In this document: in pieces, positions 1 through 8,231 of the stretch
Layout: every line of letters begins with the position of its first letter
Numbering within the stretch: position 1 is the stretch's first letter
Translations under genes and position numbers: made by a program
Assembly: GCA_963826115.1 (NCBI GenBank)
Contig: CAWGVS010000005.1
Span: 1,344,001 to 1,408,000 of the forward strand
Origin: an uncultured Candidatus Rokubacteria bacterium
GTDB lineage: Bacteria; Methylomirabilota; Methylomirabilia; Rokubacteriales; DASRDR01
DNA: 64,000 bases
Direction: 5' to 3'
The notes under the pieces: generated by a model
Seen by the model: only the letters and a program-made list of their open reading frames with translations
Database searches by the model: none
What the model was told of the DNA's origin: nothing

Positions 1-94
1 GCCGCGCGGGGCCCCGATGGAGGATACCATCCGGCAGCGCGTGGTGGCCCGCGGTCGGCCGCCTCGGTCCGAACGCTCCTCGAGGCGGCCGCCG

Positions 95-123
95 TTGACG
101 CTGCGTGTGCGCGCGTGTATATG
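95..123 (+). promoter_or_regulatory. Putative sigma70-type promoter for the DinB pair
   Basis: TTGACG (95-100), 17-nt spacer, TATATG (118-123; imperfect -10). Confidence 0.35.
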
Positions 124-174
124 ACCCGTGAGCCCGCACCCTGGACCGTCCGGTTCCCCAATGGAGGCTGCCGC

Positions 175-645
175 ATGAGCGAGCGCGCGAAGACCCTGGC
201 CCACCAGCTCGAGCAGGCGAACCAGTCGTTGGCCGCCACCCTCGAAGGGCTCTCGGATGCCCAGTGGCGGACCAAGACGCCCGGCGACGGCCGGAGCGTC
301 GGCGTCGTCGCCCATCACGTGGCCGCGAGCCACAAGTCGGTCGCCGGTCTCGTCGGAGCGATCACGCACGGCAAGACGATCCCGGCCCTCACGATGGACA
401 TGATCCACGAGGGCAACGCGGCGCACGCGGCCCAGCACGCGAGCTGCACGAAGGCGGAGACCCTGGCCCTCCTCCACCAGAACGGAACGGCTGCCGTTGC
501 GACGGTCAGAGGGCTCGGCGACGCGGATCTGGATCGGACCGCGACCCTGCCCATGGGGACGATCACCGTGGCCAAGCTGATCGAGATGGTCCTCGTCGGT
601 CACGCCAACGATCACCACGGCACCATCCGCCGGGCCATCGCCTGA
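175..645 (+). CDS. DinB/YfiT superfamily protein, paralog 1
   Basis: GGAGG RBS before ATG 175; 'LSDAQW...SVGVVAHHVA...GHANDHH' His pattern. Confidence 0.8.
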   Translation: MSERAKTLAHQLEQANQSLAATLEGLSDAQWRTKTPGDGRSVGVVAHHVAASHKSVAGLVGAITHGKTIPALTMDMIHEGNAAHAAQHASCTKAETLALLHQNGTAAVATVRGLGDADLDRTATLPMGTITVAKLIEMVLVGHANDHHGTIRRAIA

Positions 646-724
646 CGCGGTCGGCCGTCGACATGGCGTCTGGACACCCACACCGGTTGGCGACCCTCGC
701 CGACCCGCGGGAGGACCGCCGACG

Positions 725-1189
725 ATGAGCGAGCGCGCGCAGGCCCTGGCCGACCGCTTCGAGCAAGCCAACCGCGAGCTGATCCAGACGGTCGAGCGGC
801 TGTCCGACGCCCAGTGGAAGATGCAGACGGCCGGCGAGGGATGGACCGTCGGCGTCGTCGCCCACCACGTGGCCGGCGGTCATGTCGGGATATCCGGCTG
901 GGTGCAGAAGATCGCCAACGGCGACCCCATCACCGTCGACATGGACGCGATCCACAAGCGCAACGCCGAGCACGCGGTCGAGCACGCGCACACCACGAAG
1001 GCCGAGACGCTGGCCCTCCTCCGCCAGAACGGGGCCGCGGCCGCCGCCGTCGTGCGGGGGCTCGGCGACGCTCAGCTCGACCGCGTCGGGGGCGCCATGA
1101 AGATGAGCGCCTCGCAGGCGATCGAGCGCATCCTCATCGGTCACGTGCAGGACCACCACGGCAGCGTCAAGAAGGCCATCGGCGCCTGA
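725..1189 (+). CDS. DinB/YfiT superfamily protein, paralog 2
   Basis: GGAGG RBS; colinear with paralog 1 ('LSDAQW', 'VGVVAHHVA', 'TKAETLALL.QNG', 'GHVQDHH'). Confidence 0.8.
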   Translation: MSERAQALADRFEQANRELIQTVERLSDAQWKMQTAGEGWTVGVVAHHVAGGHVGISGWVQKIANGDPITVDMDAIHKRNAEHAVEHAHTTKAETLALLRQNGAAAAAVVRGLGDAQLDRVGGAMKMSASQAIERILIGHVQDHHGSVKKAIGA

Positions 1190-1256
1190 CGGGGTCGGAC
1201 TCCGCGGCAACCGGCCGCCGGGCGCTCGGCCGCCCGCTCCGGGCCGCCTGATCGAC

Positions 1257-2003
1257 ATGCTCGCCCGTCTCGGTCTGGCCCTGGCCCCGATCCTGCTCCT
1301 GCTGCTCGCCGCGTGCGGGACGCTCGCGCGCGACCCCGCGTGGTGGCAGGCGCGACGCGACTCGTCCGAGCAGGCCCCCGACCCCGCCACGACGCCCGCG
1401 GCCGTGATCCAGATCTACGCGGCGCGCACCGTCGGGTGGAAGGGCGCGCTCGGCGTCCACACGTGGATCGCCGTGAAGCGGTCCGGCGCGCCCGAGTACA
1501 CGCGTTACGAGGTCATCGGCTGGGGCGTGGACCGGGGCGCCTCGGCGCTCCGCGTGAACCGGACGGGACCGGACAACTACTGGTTCGGGAGCCGGCCCGA
1601 CCTCCTGGTCGACGCGCGCGGCGAGGGGGTCGACGCGCTGATCGACCGGCTCGAGGCCGCGGTGGGCGCCTATCCCTACCCCGCGACGTACCGCACGTGG
1701 CCGGGCCCGAACAGCAACACGTTCACCGCGTTCGTCGGCCGCTCCGTCCCCGAGCTACGCCTCGATCTGCCGCCGACCGCGGTGGGGAAGGACTTCCTCC
1801 CCGGCGGCGCGCCGGTGGGGCTCGCGCCGAGTGGCACCGGTGTCCAGGTCTCGGTCCTCGGTCTCGCCGGCGTCCTCGTCGGCTGGGAGGAAGGACTCGA
1901 GGTCAACGTCCTCGGGCTCACGTTCGGTCTCGACTGGAATCGCCCCGCCCTGAAGCTCCCGGGCGTCGGCCGGCTCGGCGTCCCCCAGACCCCCGCGCCC
2001 TGA
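1257..2003 (+). CDS. DUF3750-family putative lipoprotein
   Basis: Lipobox LAAC; 'APDPATTP.AVIQIYAAR', 'HTWIAVK', 'YRTWPGPNSNTF' motifs. Confidence 0.7.
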   Translation: MLARLGLALAPILLLLLAACGTLARDPAWWQARRDSSEQAPDPATTPAAVIQIYAARTVGWKGALGVHTWIAVKRSGAPEYTRYEVIGWGVDRGASALRVNRTGPDNYWFGSRPDLLVDARGEGVDALIDRLEAAVGAYPYPATYRTWPGPNSNTFTAFVGRSVPELRLDLPPTAVGKDFLPGGAPVGLAPSGTGVQVSVLGLAGVLVGWEEGLEVNVLGLTFGLDWNRPALKLPGVGRLGVPQTPAP

Positions 2004-2176
2004 CGACCGCGGCCCGCGGCCCGCGCGGCACGCGCGGACCGAGCACCCGACGTTGCGGGCGCCCCACGGTTCCCCTATCATGCGAAGGGTGCCATGAGGA
2101 CCTGGCCGCGCCCCGCCGCCCCGCTCTGCTGCGGAGCATTCCCCCTCGCCACTCGCCGCCGTCCCGGAGGACCCGC

Positions 2177-3253
2177 GTGAAGAAGAACTTCTACAGCGAC
2201 AACGTCTCCGGCGCCACGCCCGAAATCCTGCGGGCGATCGTCGAGTCGAACCACGACGACACCCCGCCCTACGGCGCCGACCAGTACACGCAGCGGCTGG
2301 AGCGGCGGATGGCCGAGTTCTTCGAGACGGAGCTCGAGGTCTACCCGGTCGGTACCGGCACGGTGGCGAACGGGCTCTGCGCCTCGATCCTCTGCACGCC
2401 GTACGGCGCGATCTACTGCGCCGAGATCTCGCACCTCCACTCCAGCGAGTGCGGCGGGACGGAGTTCTGGTCGGGGGGCGGCGCGCGGAGCGTCCCGCTC
2501 CCCACCGTGGACGGCAGGATCCAGGTCGCGGCCCTGGTGGAGACGATCGAGGCGGGTACGCTGCGGACCGCCGACCCGCCGGGCAAGGCGCTCAGCCTCA
2601 CCCAGGGGACCGAGGCCGGAACGGTCTACGCGCTTCGCGAGCTGCGCGAGCTGGCGGCGGCCGCCCACGCGAAGGGCCTCCTGGTCCACATGGACGGCGC
2701 GCGCTTCGCGAACGCCGCGGCGCGACTCGGCTGCACGCCGGCCGAGCTCACCTGGAAGGCGGGCGTCGACGTCCTGTCGTTCGGGGCCACGAAGAACGGC
2801 GCGCTCTGCGGCGAGGCCGTCGTCTTCTTCGACCGCAAGCTCGGCGAGACGATGCGCTATCGGCGGCGCCGGGCCGGCCATCACTACTCGAAGATGCGGC
2901 TCCTCTCGGCGCAGCTCCTCGCCTTCCTCGAGGACGATCTCTGGCTGCGGAGCGCCCGCCACGCGAACGCGATGGCCGCCCGCGTGCGCCAGGGCCTGGC
3001 CGACATCCCCGGCGTCCACTTCCCGCACCCGACCGAGATCAACTTCGTGCTGACGGCGCTGCCGAAGCCCGTGTGGGACGGCCTGGTCGCCGACGGCTAC
3101 AGCTTCTCCCGGCGCGGCGCGCCCCGGGACGGCGTCATCCGGATCGCGTGCTCCTGGGATACCCCGGTCGAGGCGGTCGACGCGCTGGTCGAGGCCGCCC
3201 ACCGACACGCCGGTCTCGTGCCGGCCGGCGCGGCGGCTGACGGCCGCGCGTGA
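2177..3253 (+). CDS. ltaE: Low-specificity L-threonine aldolase (PLP-dependent)
   Basis: GTG after GGAGG; 'NFYSDN', 'HMDGARFANA', 'SFGATKNG' (PLP lysine). Confidence 0.8.
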   Translation: MKKNFYSDNVSGATPEILRAIVESNHDDTPPYGADQYTQRLERRMAEFFETELEVYPVGTGTVANGLCASILCTPYGAIYCAEISHLHSSECGGTEFWSGGGARSVPLPTVDGRIQVAALVETIEAGTLRTADPPGKALSLTQGTEAGTVYALRELRELAAAAHAKGLLVHMDGARFANAAARLGCTPAELTWKAGVDVLSFGATKNGALCGEAVVFFDRKLGETMRYRRRRAGHHYSKMRLLSAQLLAFLEDDLWLRSARHANAMAARVRQGLADIPGVHFPHPTEINFVLTALPKPVWDGLVADGYSFSRRGAPRDGVIRIACSWDTPVEAVDALVEAAHRHAGLVPAGAAADGRA

Positions 3254-3322
3254 CGTGCGGGACGGCCCGCCGGCCGTCCCGCGCGCCGCCACCCGCCGCC
3301 CGCGACACCCGGGGTCCGCCTG

Positions 3323-4540
3323 ATGCAGTTCCCCGCCGCCCTCCGGGCGCTGAACCACCGGGACTTCCGCCTCTTCTGGATCGGCCAGTCGATCTCGTCC
3401 GTCGGAAGCTGGATGCAGTCGGTCGGCCTCTCGTGGCTGGTCCTCGAGCTCACGAACTCGCCGTTCCGCCTGGGGCTCGTGAGCGCGCTCCAGTTCGCGC
3501 CCGTGCTGCTCTTCTCGGCGGTCGCCGGAGTCGTCGTCGACCGGACGCCGAAGCGGCGGCTGGTCATCGCGACCCAGACGGCGCTCATGCTGCCCGCCTT
3601 CGCGCTCGCGCTCCTCACCTGGACCGGACGGGTGCAGTACTGGCACGTGGCGACGCTGGCGGGCGTGATCGGCCTGGTGAACGCCCTCGACATGCCGTCC
3701 CGGCAGTCCTTCCTCGTCGAGATGGTCGGCCGTGAGGACCTTCTGAACGGGATCGCCCTCAACTCGGCGACGTTCAACGCCGCCCGGGTCGTCGGCCCCG
3801 CGATCGGCGGACTCCTCATCGCCCGCTACGGTACGGCTGTCGCGTTCCTCCTGAACGCCCTGTCGTTTCTCGCGGTGGTCCTGAACCTGGCTGCCGTCCG
3901 GGCGGGGTCCGACCCGAGGCCCCGGCGCGGCACCACGATCCGAGAGGAGCTGGCGGACGGGATCCACTACGCGACGCGCACCCCGCTGGTCGCTCTGATC
4001 CTGGGCCTCGTCTTCGCCGTCAGCACCTTCGCCATGAACCACGGGGTCCTCGTCCCCCTCTTCGCGCGCGAGGTGCTCCACGAGGGCGTCCACGTGTTCG
4101 GCCTGCTGATGGCGTCGCTCGGGGGCGGGGCGGTCACGGGCGCCATCGCCGTCGCCCTGCTCGGGTACGGGCGGCCCCCGCTCGCCGCGGTGGTGATCCC
4201 GGGGATCGGCGTCGCGCTCGGCATCCTGAGCCTCGCGTTCGTCCGCCACTTCGCGCTGGCCGCGGTGGTGCTGTTCCTGGTCGGTATCATGCAGATCGTC
4301 TTCCAGAACGGGTGCAACACGATCGTCCAGGTCACGGTGCCGGACGAGCTCCGGGGCCGGGTCATGGGCGTGTACATGATGGTCTTCGCCGGGGCGACGC
4401 CGGTGGGCGCCTCCCTGATCGGGTCAGTGGCCGAGGGGGCCGGCGTACCGGCGGCGTGCCTGGTGGGGGGCAGCATCGCCCTCCTCGGCGTGCTGGTCAC
4501 CCTGGTCTGCTGGAGCCGGACCCGGAACGCGTACGCCTGA
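3323..4540 (+). CDS. MFS transporter
   Basis: About 12 hydrophobic segments; 'ALNHRDFRLFW', 'VPDELRGRV'. Confidence 0.85.
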   Translation: MQFPAALRALNHRDFRLFWIGQSISSVGSWMQSVGLSWLVLELTNSPFRLGLVSALQFAPVLLFSAVAGVVVDRTPKRRLVIATQTALMLPAFALALLTWTGRVQYWHVATLAGVIGLVNALDMPSRQSFLVEMVGREDLLNGIALNSATFNAARVVGPAIGGLLIARYGTAVAFLLNALSFLAVVLNLAAVRAGSDPRPRRGTTIREELADGIHYATRTPLVALILGLVFAVSTFAMNHGVLVPLFAREVLHEGVHVFGLLMASLGGGAVTGAIAVALLGYGRPPLAAVVIPGIGVALGILSLAFVRHFALAAVVLFLVGIMQIVFQNGCNTIVQVTVPDELRGRVMGVYMMVFAGATPVGASLIGSVAEGAGVPAACLVGGSIALLGVLVTLVCWSRTRNAYA

Positions 4541-4606
4541 CGGCGAGACCTTGCATGACGAGCTCACGGACGCACAGCACGCGCTGACGTCGGAGGACAC
4601 GACCAC

Positions 4607-5317
4607 ATGATGGACTACCGCGGCATCGAGAACCGGTTCCGGGACACCTTCACCCTCCGGCGGCGGCCGGTGGCGGTGGCCTTCTGCGAGGCGCCCCCCG
4701 CCAACGTCGCGAAGTTCGCCGGCACCGAGCCTTCGAGCTGTAGCTTCTGGCGGGTCGCCGCGGGGGGCCGCACCTTCTACACGGTGCCGAGCGACCACTA
4801 CAACTGCGCGGTCGGGAGCCACACCCACAACATCCCGCTTCCGCCGGACCGCGCCGAGGAGCTCACGCAGACGCTCGGGTTCATGACCGGCATCGGCTAC
4901 GTCCGGATGGAGGAGGTCCCCAAGATCCCGCGCCTTCCGCGGACGCCGGGCGCCATCGTCTACGCGCCCCTCGGCGACACGCCGGTGGATCCCGACGTCG
5001 TCCTCGTCTCCGGCCGCCCCGGCCCGCTGATGCGGCTTCTCGAGACGGCCATCCGCGCCGGCCTCCAGGCGCAGGTGCCGTTCATGGGCCGCCCGACCTG
5101 CATGGCGCTCCCGGCGTCGCTCACCCACGGGGTACTGGCCAGCACGGGCTGCGTCGGCAATCGCGTGTACACGGATCTCGGCGACGACGAGCTGTACGTC
5201 GCGATCCCGGGGAAGGACCTCGCCCGGCTGGCTGCCGAGGCCGAGACCATCGCCGCCGCCAACGTGACACTGGCCGACTACCACCGCGGGCGACGACAGG
5301 CCCTCGCCACGGAGTAG
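4607..5317 (+). CDS. DUF169-family protein
   Basis: GGAGG RBS; 'PVAVAF', 'C..W', 'NCAVG', 'PDVV', 'GCVGNR...DDELY' pattern. Confidence 0.7.
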   Translation: MMDYRGIENRFRDTFTLRRRPVAVAFCEAPPANVAKFAGTEPSSCSFWRVAAGGRTFYTVPSDHYNCAVGSHTHNIPLPPDRAEELTQTLGFMTGIGYVRMEEVPKIPRLPRTPGAIVYAPLGDTPVDPDVVLVSGRPGPLMRLLETAIRAGLQAQVPFMGRPTCMALPASLTHGVLASTGCVGNRVYTDLGDDELYVAIPGKDLARLAAEAETIAAANVTLADYHRGRRQALATE

Positions 5318-5328
5318 CTCGCCCGCGC

Positions 5329-6270
5329 ATGCGCATCGGCGTCGACCTCGGCGGCACGAAGATCGAGGGCATCGCCCTCGACCGCGACGGGCGCGAGCGC
5401 GGGCGCCGGCGCGTGCCGACGCCCCGCAACCGCTACCCCCTCACCCTCGCCGCCATCACCACGCTCGTCGAGGGGCTCGAGCGCGAGTCCGGGGAGCCGG
5501 CGCGCGTGGGCATCGGGATGCCGGGCGCGCTGTCGCCGGCAACGGGGCTCGTCAAGAACGCCAACAGCGTCTGGCTGAACGACCGGCCCCTCCGCCAGGA
5601 CCTCGAGCGCCTCCTCCACCGTCCCCTCCGCTTCGCCAACGACGCCAACTGCTTCGCGCTGTCGGAGGCGCGCGACGGGGCCGGCGCCGGCGCCCGCGTG
5701 GTCTTCGGCGTCATCCTGGGCACGGGCACCGGCGGCGGGATCGTCGTCGACGGGCGCGTCCTCACGGGCCCGAACGCGATCGCCGGCGAGTGGGGGCACA
5801 ACCCCCTCCCGTGGCCGGCTCCCGGCGAGTGGCCGGGCGCGGCGTGCTACTGCGGGCGAACGGGCTGCGTCGAGACATTCCTGTCGGGGCCGGGAATGGC
5901 GCGCGACCACCGCGAGGTCACCGGCGAGTCCCTCGACGCGACCGGCATCGCCGCGCGGGCCGCCGACGGCGACGCGGCGTGCGAGGCCACGCTCGCGCGG
6001 TACGAGGAGCGGCTCGCGCGGGCGCTGGCCGTGGTGGTGAACCTGCTGGACCCCGACGTCGTCGTGCTCGGGGGCGGCCTCTCCAACCTCTCGCGGCTCT
6101 ACGAGCGCGTGCCCGTGCGGTGGGGCGCGTGGGTGTTCTCGGACCGCGTGGACACGCCGCTCCGTCCCCCCCAGCACGGGGACTCCAGCGGGGTTCGCGG
6201 GGCGGCATGGCTCTGGGACGCCGCGGAGGACGACGGCCGGCCCGCGCCATGGCCGCCACCTACCGCCTGA
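5329..6270 (+). CDS. mak: ROK-family sugar kinase (fructokinase Mak-like)
   Basis: 'IGVDLGGTK', 'NDANCFALSEA', 'GEWGH..CYCGRTGCVE', 'HGDSSGVRGAAWLW'. Confidence 0.85.
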   Translation: MRIGVDLGGTKIEGIALDRDGRERGRRRVPTPRNRYPLTLAAITTLVEGLERESGEPARVGIGMPGALSPATGLVKNANSVWLNDRPLRQDLERLLHRPLRFANDANCFALSEARDGAGAGARVVFGVILGTGTGGGIVVDGRVLTGPNAIAGEWGHNPLPWPAPGEWPGAACYCGRTGCVETFLSGPGMARDHREVTGESLDATGIAARAADGDAACEATLARYEERLARALAVVVNLLDPDVVVLGGGLSNLSRLYERVPVRWGAWVFSDRVDTPLRPPQHGDSSGVRGAAWLWDAAEDDGRPAPWPPPTA

Positions 6271-6728
6271 GCGCCGGCCGGCGCGTCGTGAACGCCCTCG
6301 TCCGGACGCTCCTCCGGGCGGGCGCGGGACCGCGCCACACCTTCCTCCTGACGGTGCCCGGCCGGCGAACGGGACGCGGGCGGTCCACGCCGGTGACACT
6401 GGTCGAGACCGACGGGCAGCGCTGGCTGGTCGCTCCGTACGGCACGGTGGGATGGGTCCGGAACGCGCGCGCGGCCGGGCGCGCGGTCCTCGCCCGCGGG
6501 CGTCGCCGCGAGCCGGTCATCCTGACCGAGGTCCGGCCGGAGCACACGGCGCCGATCCTCCGTCAGTACGCCCGCGAGGTACCGGTCACGCGGCCCTACT
6601 TCGACGCGGGACCCGACGCGACGCTCGACGCCTTCGCCGCCGAGGCCGCGCGTCATCCCGTGTTCCGGATCACCTCGGCCAGCGCGACGAGCGACTCCAC
6701 GCGCTCGAGACCGGGGCGGTCCGCGTGA
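6249..6728 (+). CDS. Nitroreductase-family deazaflavin (F420)-dependent oxidoreductase
   Basis: 'LLTVPGRRTG..RSTPV', 'WVRNARA', 'HPVFRI'; ATG overlaps the end of mak. Confidence 0.75.
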   Translation: MAATYRLSAGRRVVNALVRTLLRAGAGPRHTFLLTVPGRRTGRGRSTPVTLVETDGQRWLVAPYGTVGWVRNARAAGRAVLARGRRREPVILTEVRPEHTAPILRQYAREVPVTRPYFDAGPDATLDAFAAEAARHPVFRITSASATSDSTRSRPGRSA

Positions 6729-7375
6729 CGCCCGGCTCGATCGATCAGGACGGCCCGAAGGCCGGCGGCGCGGGCGCCTTCGCCGTCCTCGGCGGGCGAG
6801 TCGCCGACGTGCACGGCCCGCGCGGCATCCGCGCGATGGCGCGCGAGGGCGCGGGCGAAGATCGCCGGATCCGGCTTCGTCGCGCCCACCTGGCTCGACA
6901 GGGTCACCGAGGCGAAGGACGCGGCGAGGTCGAGCCCCTCCAGGATCCCGAGCACGCGGCTGTCGAAGTTGCTGATGACGCCGAGCGAGCAGCCGAGCGA
7001 TCGCAGCGCCGCGAGCGCCGGCCGCACGTCGGGGAAGACGTCCCACGTCGCCGCGTCCTCGAAGTGCCGGTAGACCGCCTCGAAGTACGCATCGAAGGCG
7101 CCGGGCGCGAACGCGCCAAGAGCCCCGGCGCCGGCGAAGACGTCGCGGACGATCCCGCGCCAGACCTCCCGCTCGAGGGCGGGCACCTGGTCGGGCGGCG
7201 CGCCGGGAAACGCCATCATCGGCGCGGCGCGGAACGCGCGCGGGAACTCGCGCTCGAGCCCGCGCGGGTCGGCGACGACGCCGAAGCGCGCCGCGACCCG
7301 CGCATACTGCTGGCCGACGCCATCGCGCACGCGGATCAGCGTCCCCGCGACGTCGAAGAACACGACCGTCGTCAC
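6653..7375 (-). CDS. HAD-IA family hydrolase
   Basis: 'FFDVAGTL', 'ISNFD', 'KPDPAIF', 'HVGDS..D..GA'. Confidence 0.85.
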   Translation of the reverse strand: MTTVVFFDVAGTLIRVRDGVGQQYARVAARFGVVADPRGLEREFPRAFRAAPMMAFPGAPPDQVPALEREVWRGIVRDVFAGAGALGAFAPGAFDAYFEAVYRHFEDAATWDVFPDVRPALAALRSLGCSLGVISNFDSRVLGILEGLDLAASFASVTLSSQVGATKPDPAIFARALARHRADAARAVHVGDSPAEDGEGARAAGLRAVLIDRAGRHADRPGLERVESLVALAEVIRNTG

Positions 7376-7489
7376 GCGCGCCTCCCCGCCCCGTCCGGCC
7401 CTGTTCCGCGCCCGGCGGTGGCGACCAGCCGATGAGCGCCGCCGAGCCTACCGGCCCGGCGCCGGAGCCGCTCCACGAGACGGCCGGCA

Positions 7490-8149
7490 ATGGGCCGATC
7501 GGTCCACGGCGTCCTCCACCGTCCCGCCACCCCCGCACCGGAGGGCCTCGTCCTCACCCACGGCGCTGGCTCCTCGTCGGAGAGCCCGCTCCTCGTCGCG
7601 CTCGCCGAGGCGCTCGCGGCGCGTGGCGTCTCGGTCCTCCGCTGCGACCTGCCGTTCCGCCAGGCCCGAGCCCAGGGACCACCGTCGCCCGCCGGCGCCG
7701 CGCGCGACCGGGACGGGCTCCGAGCGGCCCTCTCGGCGCTCACGCGCCGAGGCTTTCGGCGCGTCTCGCTCGGCGGCCACTCGTACGGAGGGCGTCAGGC
7801 GACCCTCCTCGCCGCGGAGGACCCGGGGGTGGCCGAGGCCCTCCTCCTCCTCGCGTATCCCCTGCACCCACCGACCCGGCCCGCCGAGCTTCGCGTCTCG
7901 CACTTCCCTCGACTCCGGACGCCCGCCGTCTTCGTCCACGGCACCAAGGACCCGTTCGGCACCGAGGCGGAGCTCCGAGGCGCGCTCACGCTCATCCCGG
8001 CGCCGGTGACACTCCACCTCGAGCCCGGCGCGGGCCACGATCTCGGTGCCGCGCGGCGCTCCCGCGGCGCGCTCGCCAGCCTGGCCGCGCGACTGGCCGC
8101 GCGGTGGGTCGAGCGCCGCTGTGACGGATCGACAGGCGCGGCAGTCTAG
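7490..8149 (+). CDS. Alpha/beta hydrolase (start uncertain)
   Basis: 'LTHGAG', nucleophile 'GGHSYGG', 'YPLHPP', 'GTKDPF', 'GHDL'. Confidence 0.8.
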   Translation: MGRSVHGVLHRPATPAPEGLVLTHGAGSSSESPLLVALAEALAARGVSVLRCDLPFRQARAQGPPSPAGAARDRDGLRAALSALTRRGFRRVSLGGHSYGGRQATLLAAEDPGVAEALLLLAYPLHPPTRPAELRVSHFPRLRTPAVFVHGTKDPFGTEAELRGALTLIPAPVTLHLEPGAGHDLGAARRSRGALASLAARLAARWVERRCDGSTGAAV

Positions 8150-8231
8150 CACGCCGCCCCCGCGCGCGCGCCCGCCGCGCGCGAGCGTCGATCGAAAGCT
8201 GATATAGTTCTGGAGCCATGAGCGTCGCGCG

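Noticed and set aside
1313-2176. Apparent long N-terminal extension of threonine aldolase (likewise the ORFs given as 13512, 14663 and 38609 starts, and the 878-aa ORF 58697-61333)
   Set aside because: Stop-free read-through of a neighbouring gene's alternate frame; starts with an RBS or stop/start overlap lie downstream
6653-6728. 76-bp convergent overlap of the nitroreductase-like and HAD genes
   Set aside because: The overlapping tail lies mostly past the conserved domain; stop-codon drift is common at high GC
7432-7500. Possible +1 frameshift joining ATG 7432 to the alpha/beta hydrolase
   Set aside because: In-frame ATG 7490 already yields a complete domain; cannot be resolved without reads or homologs
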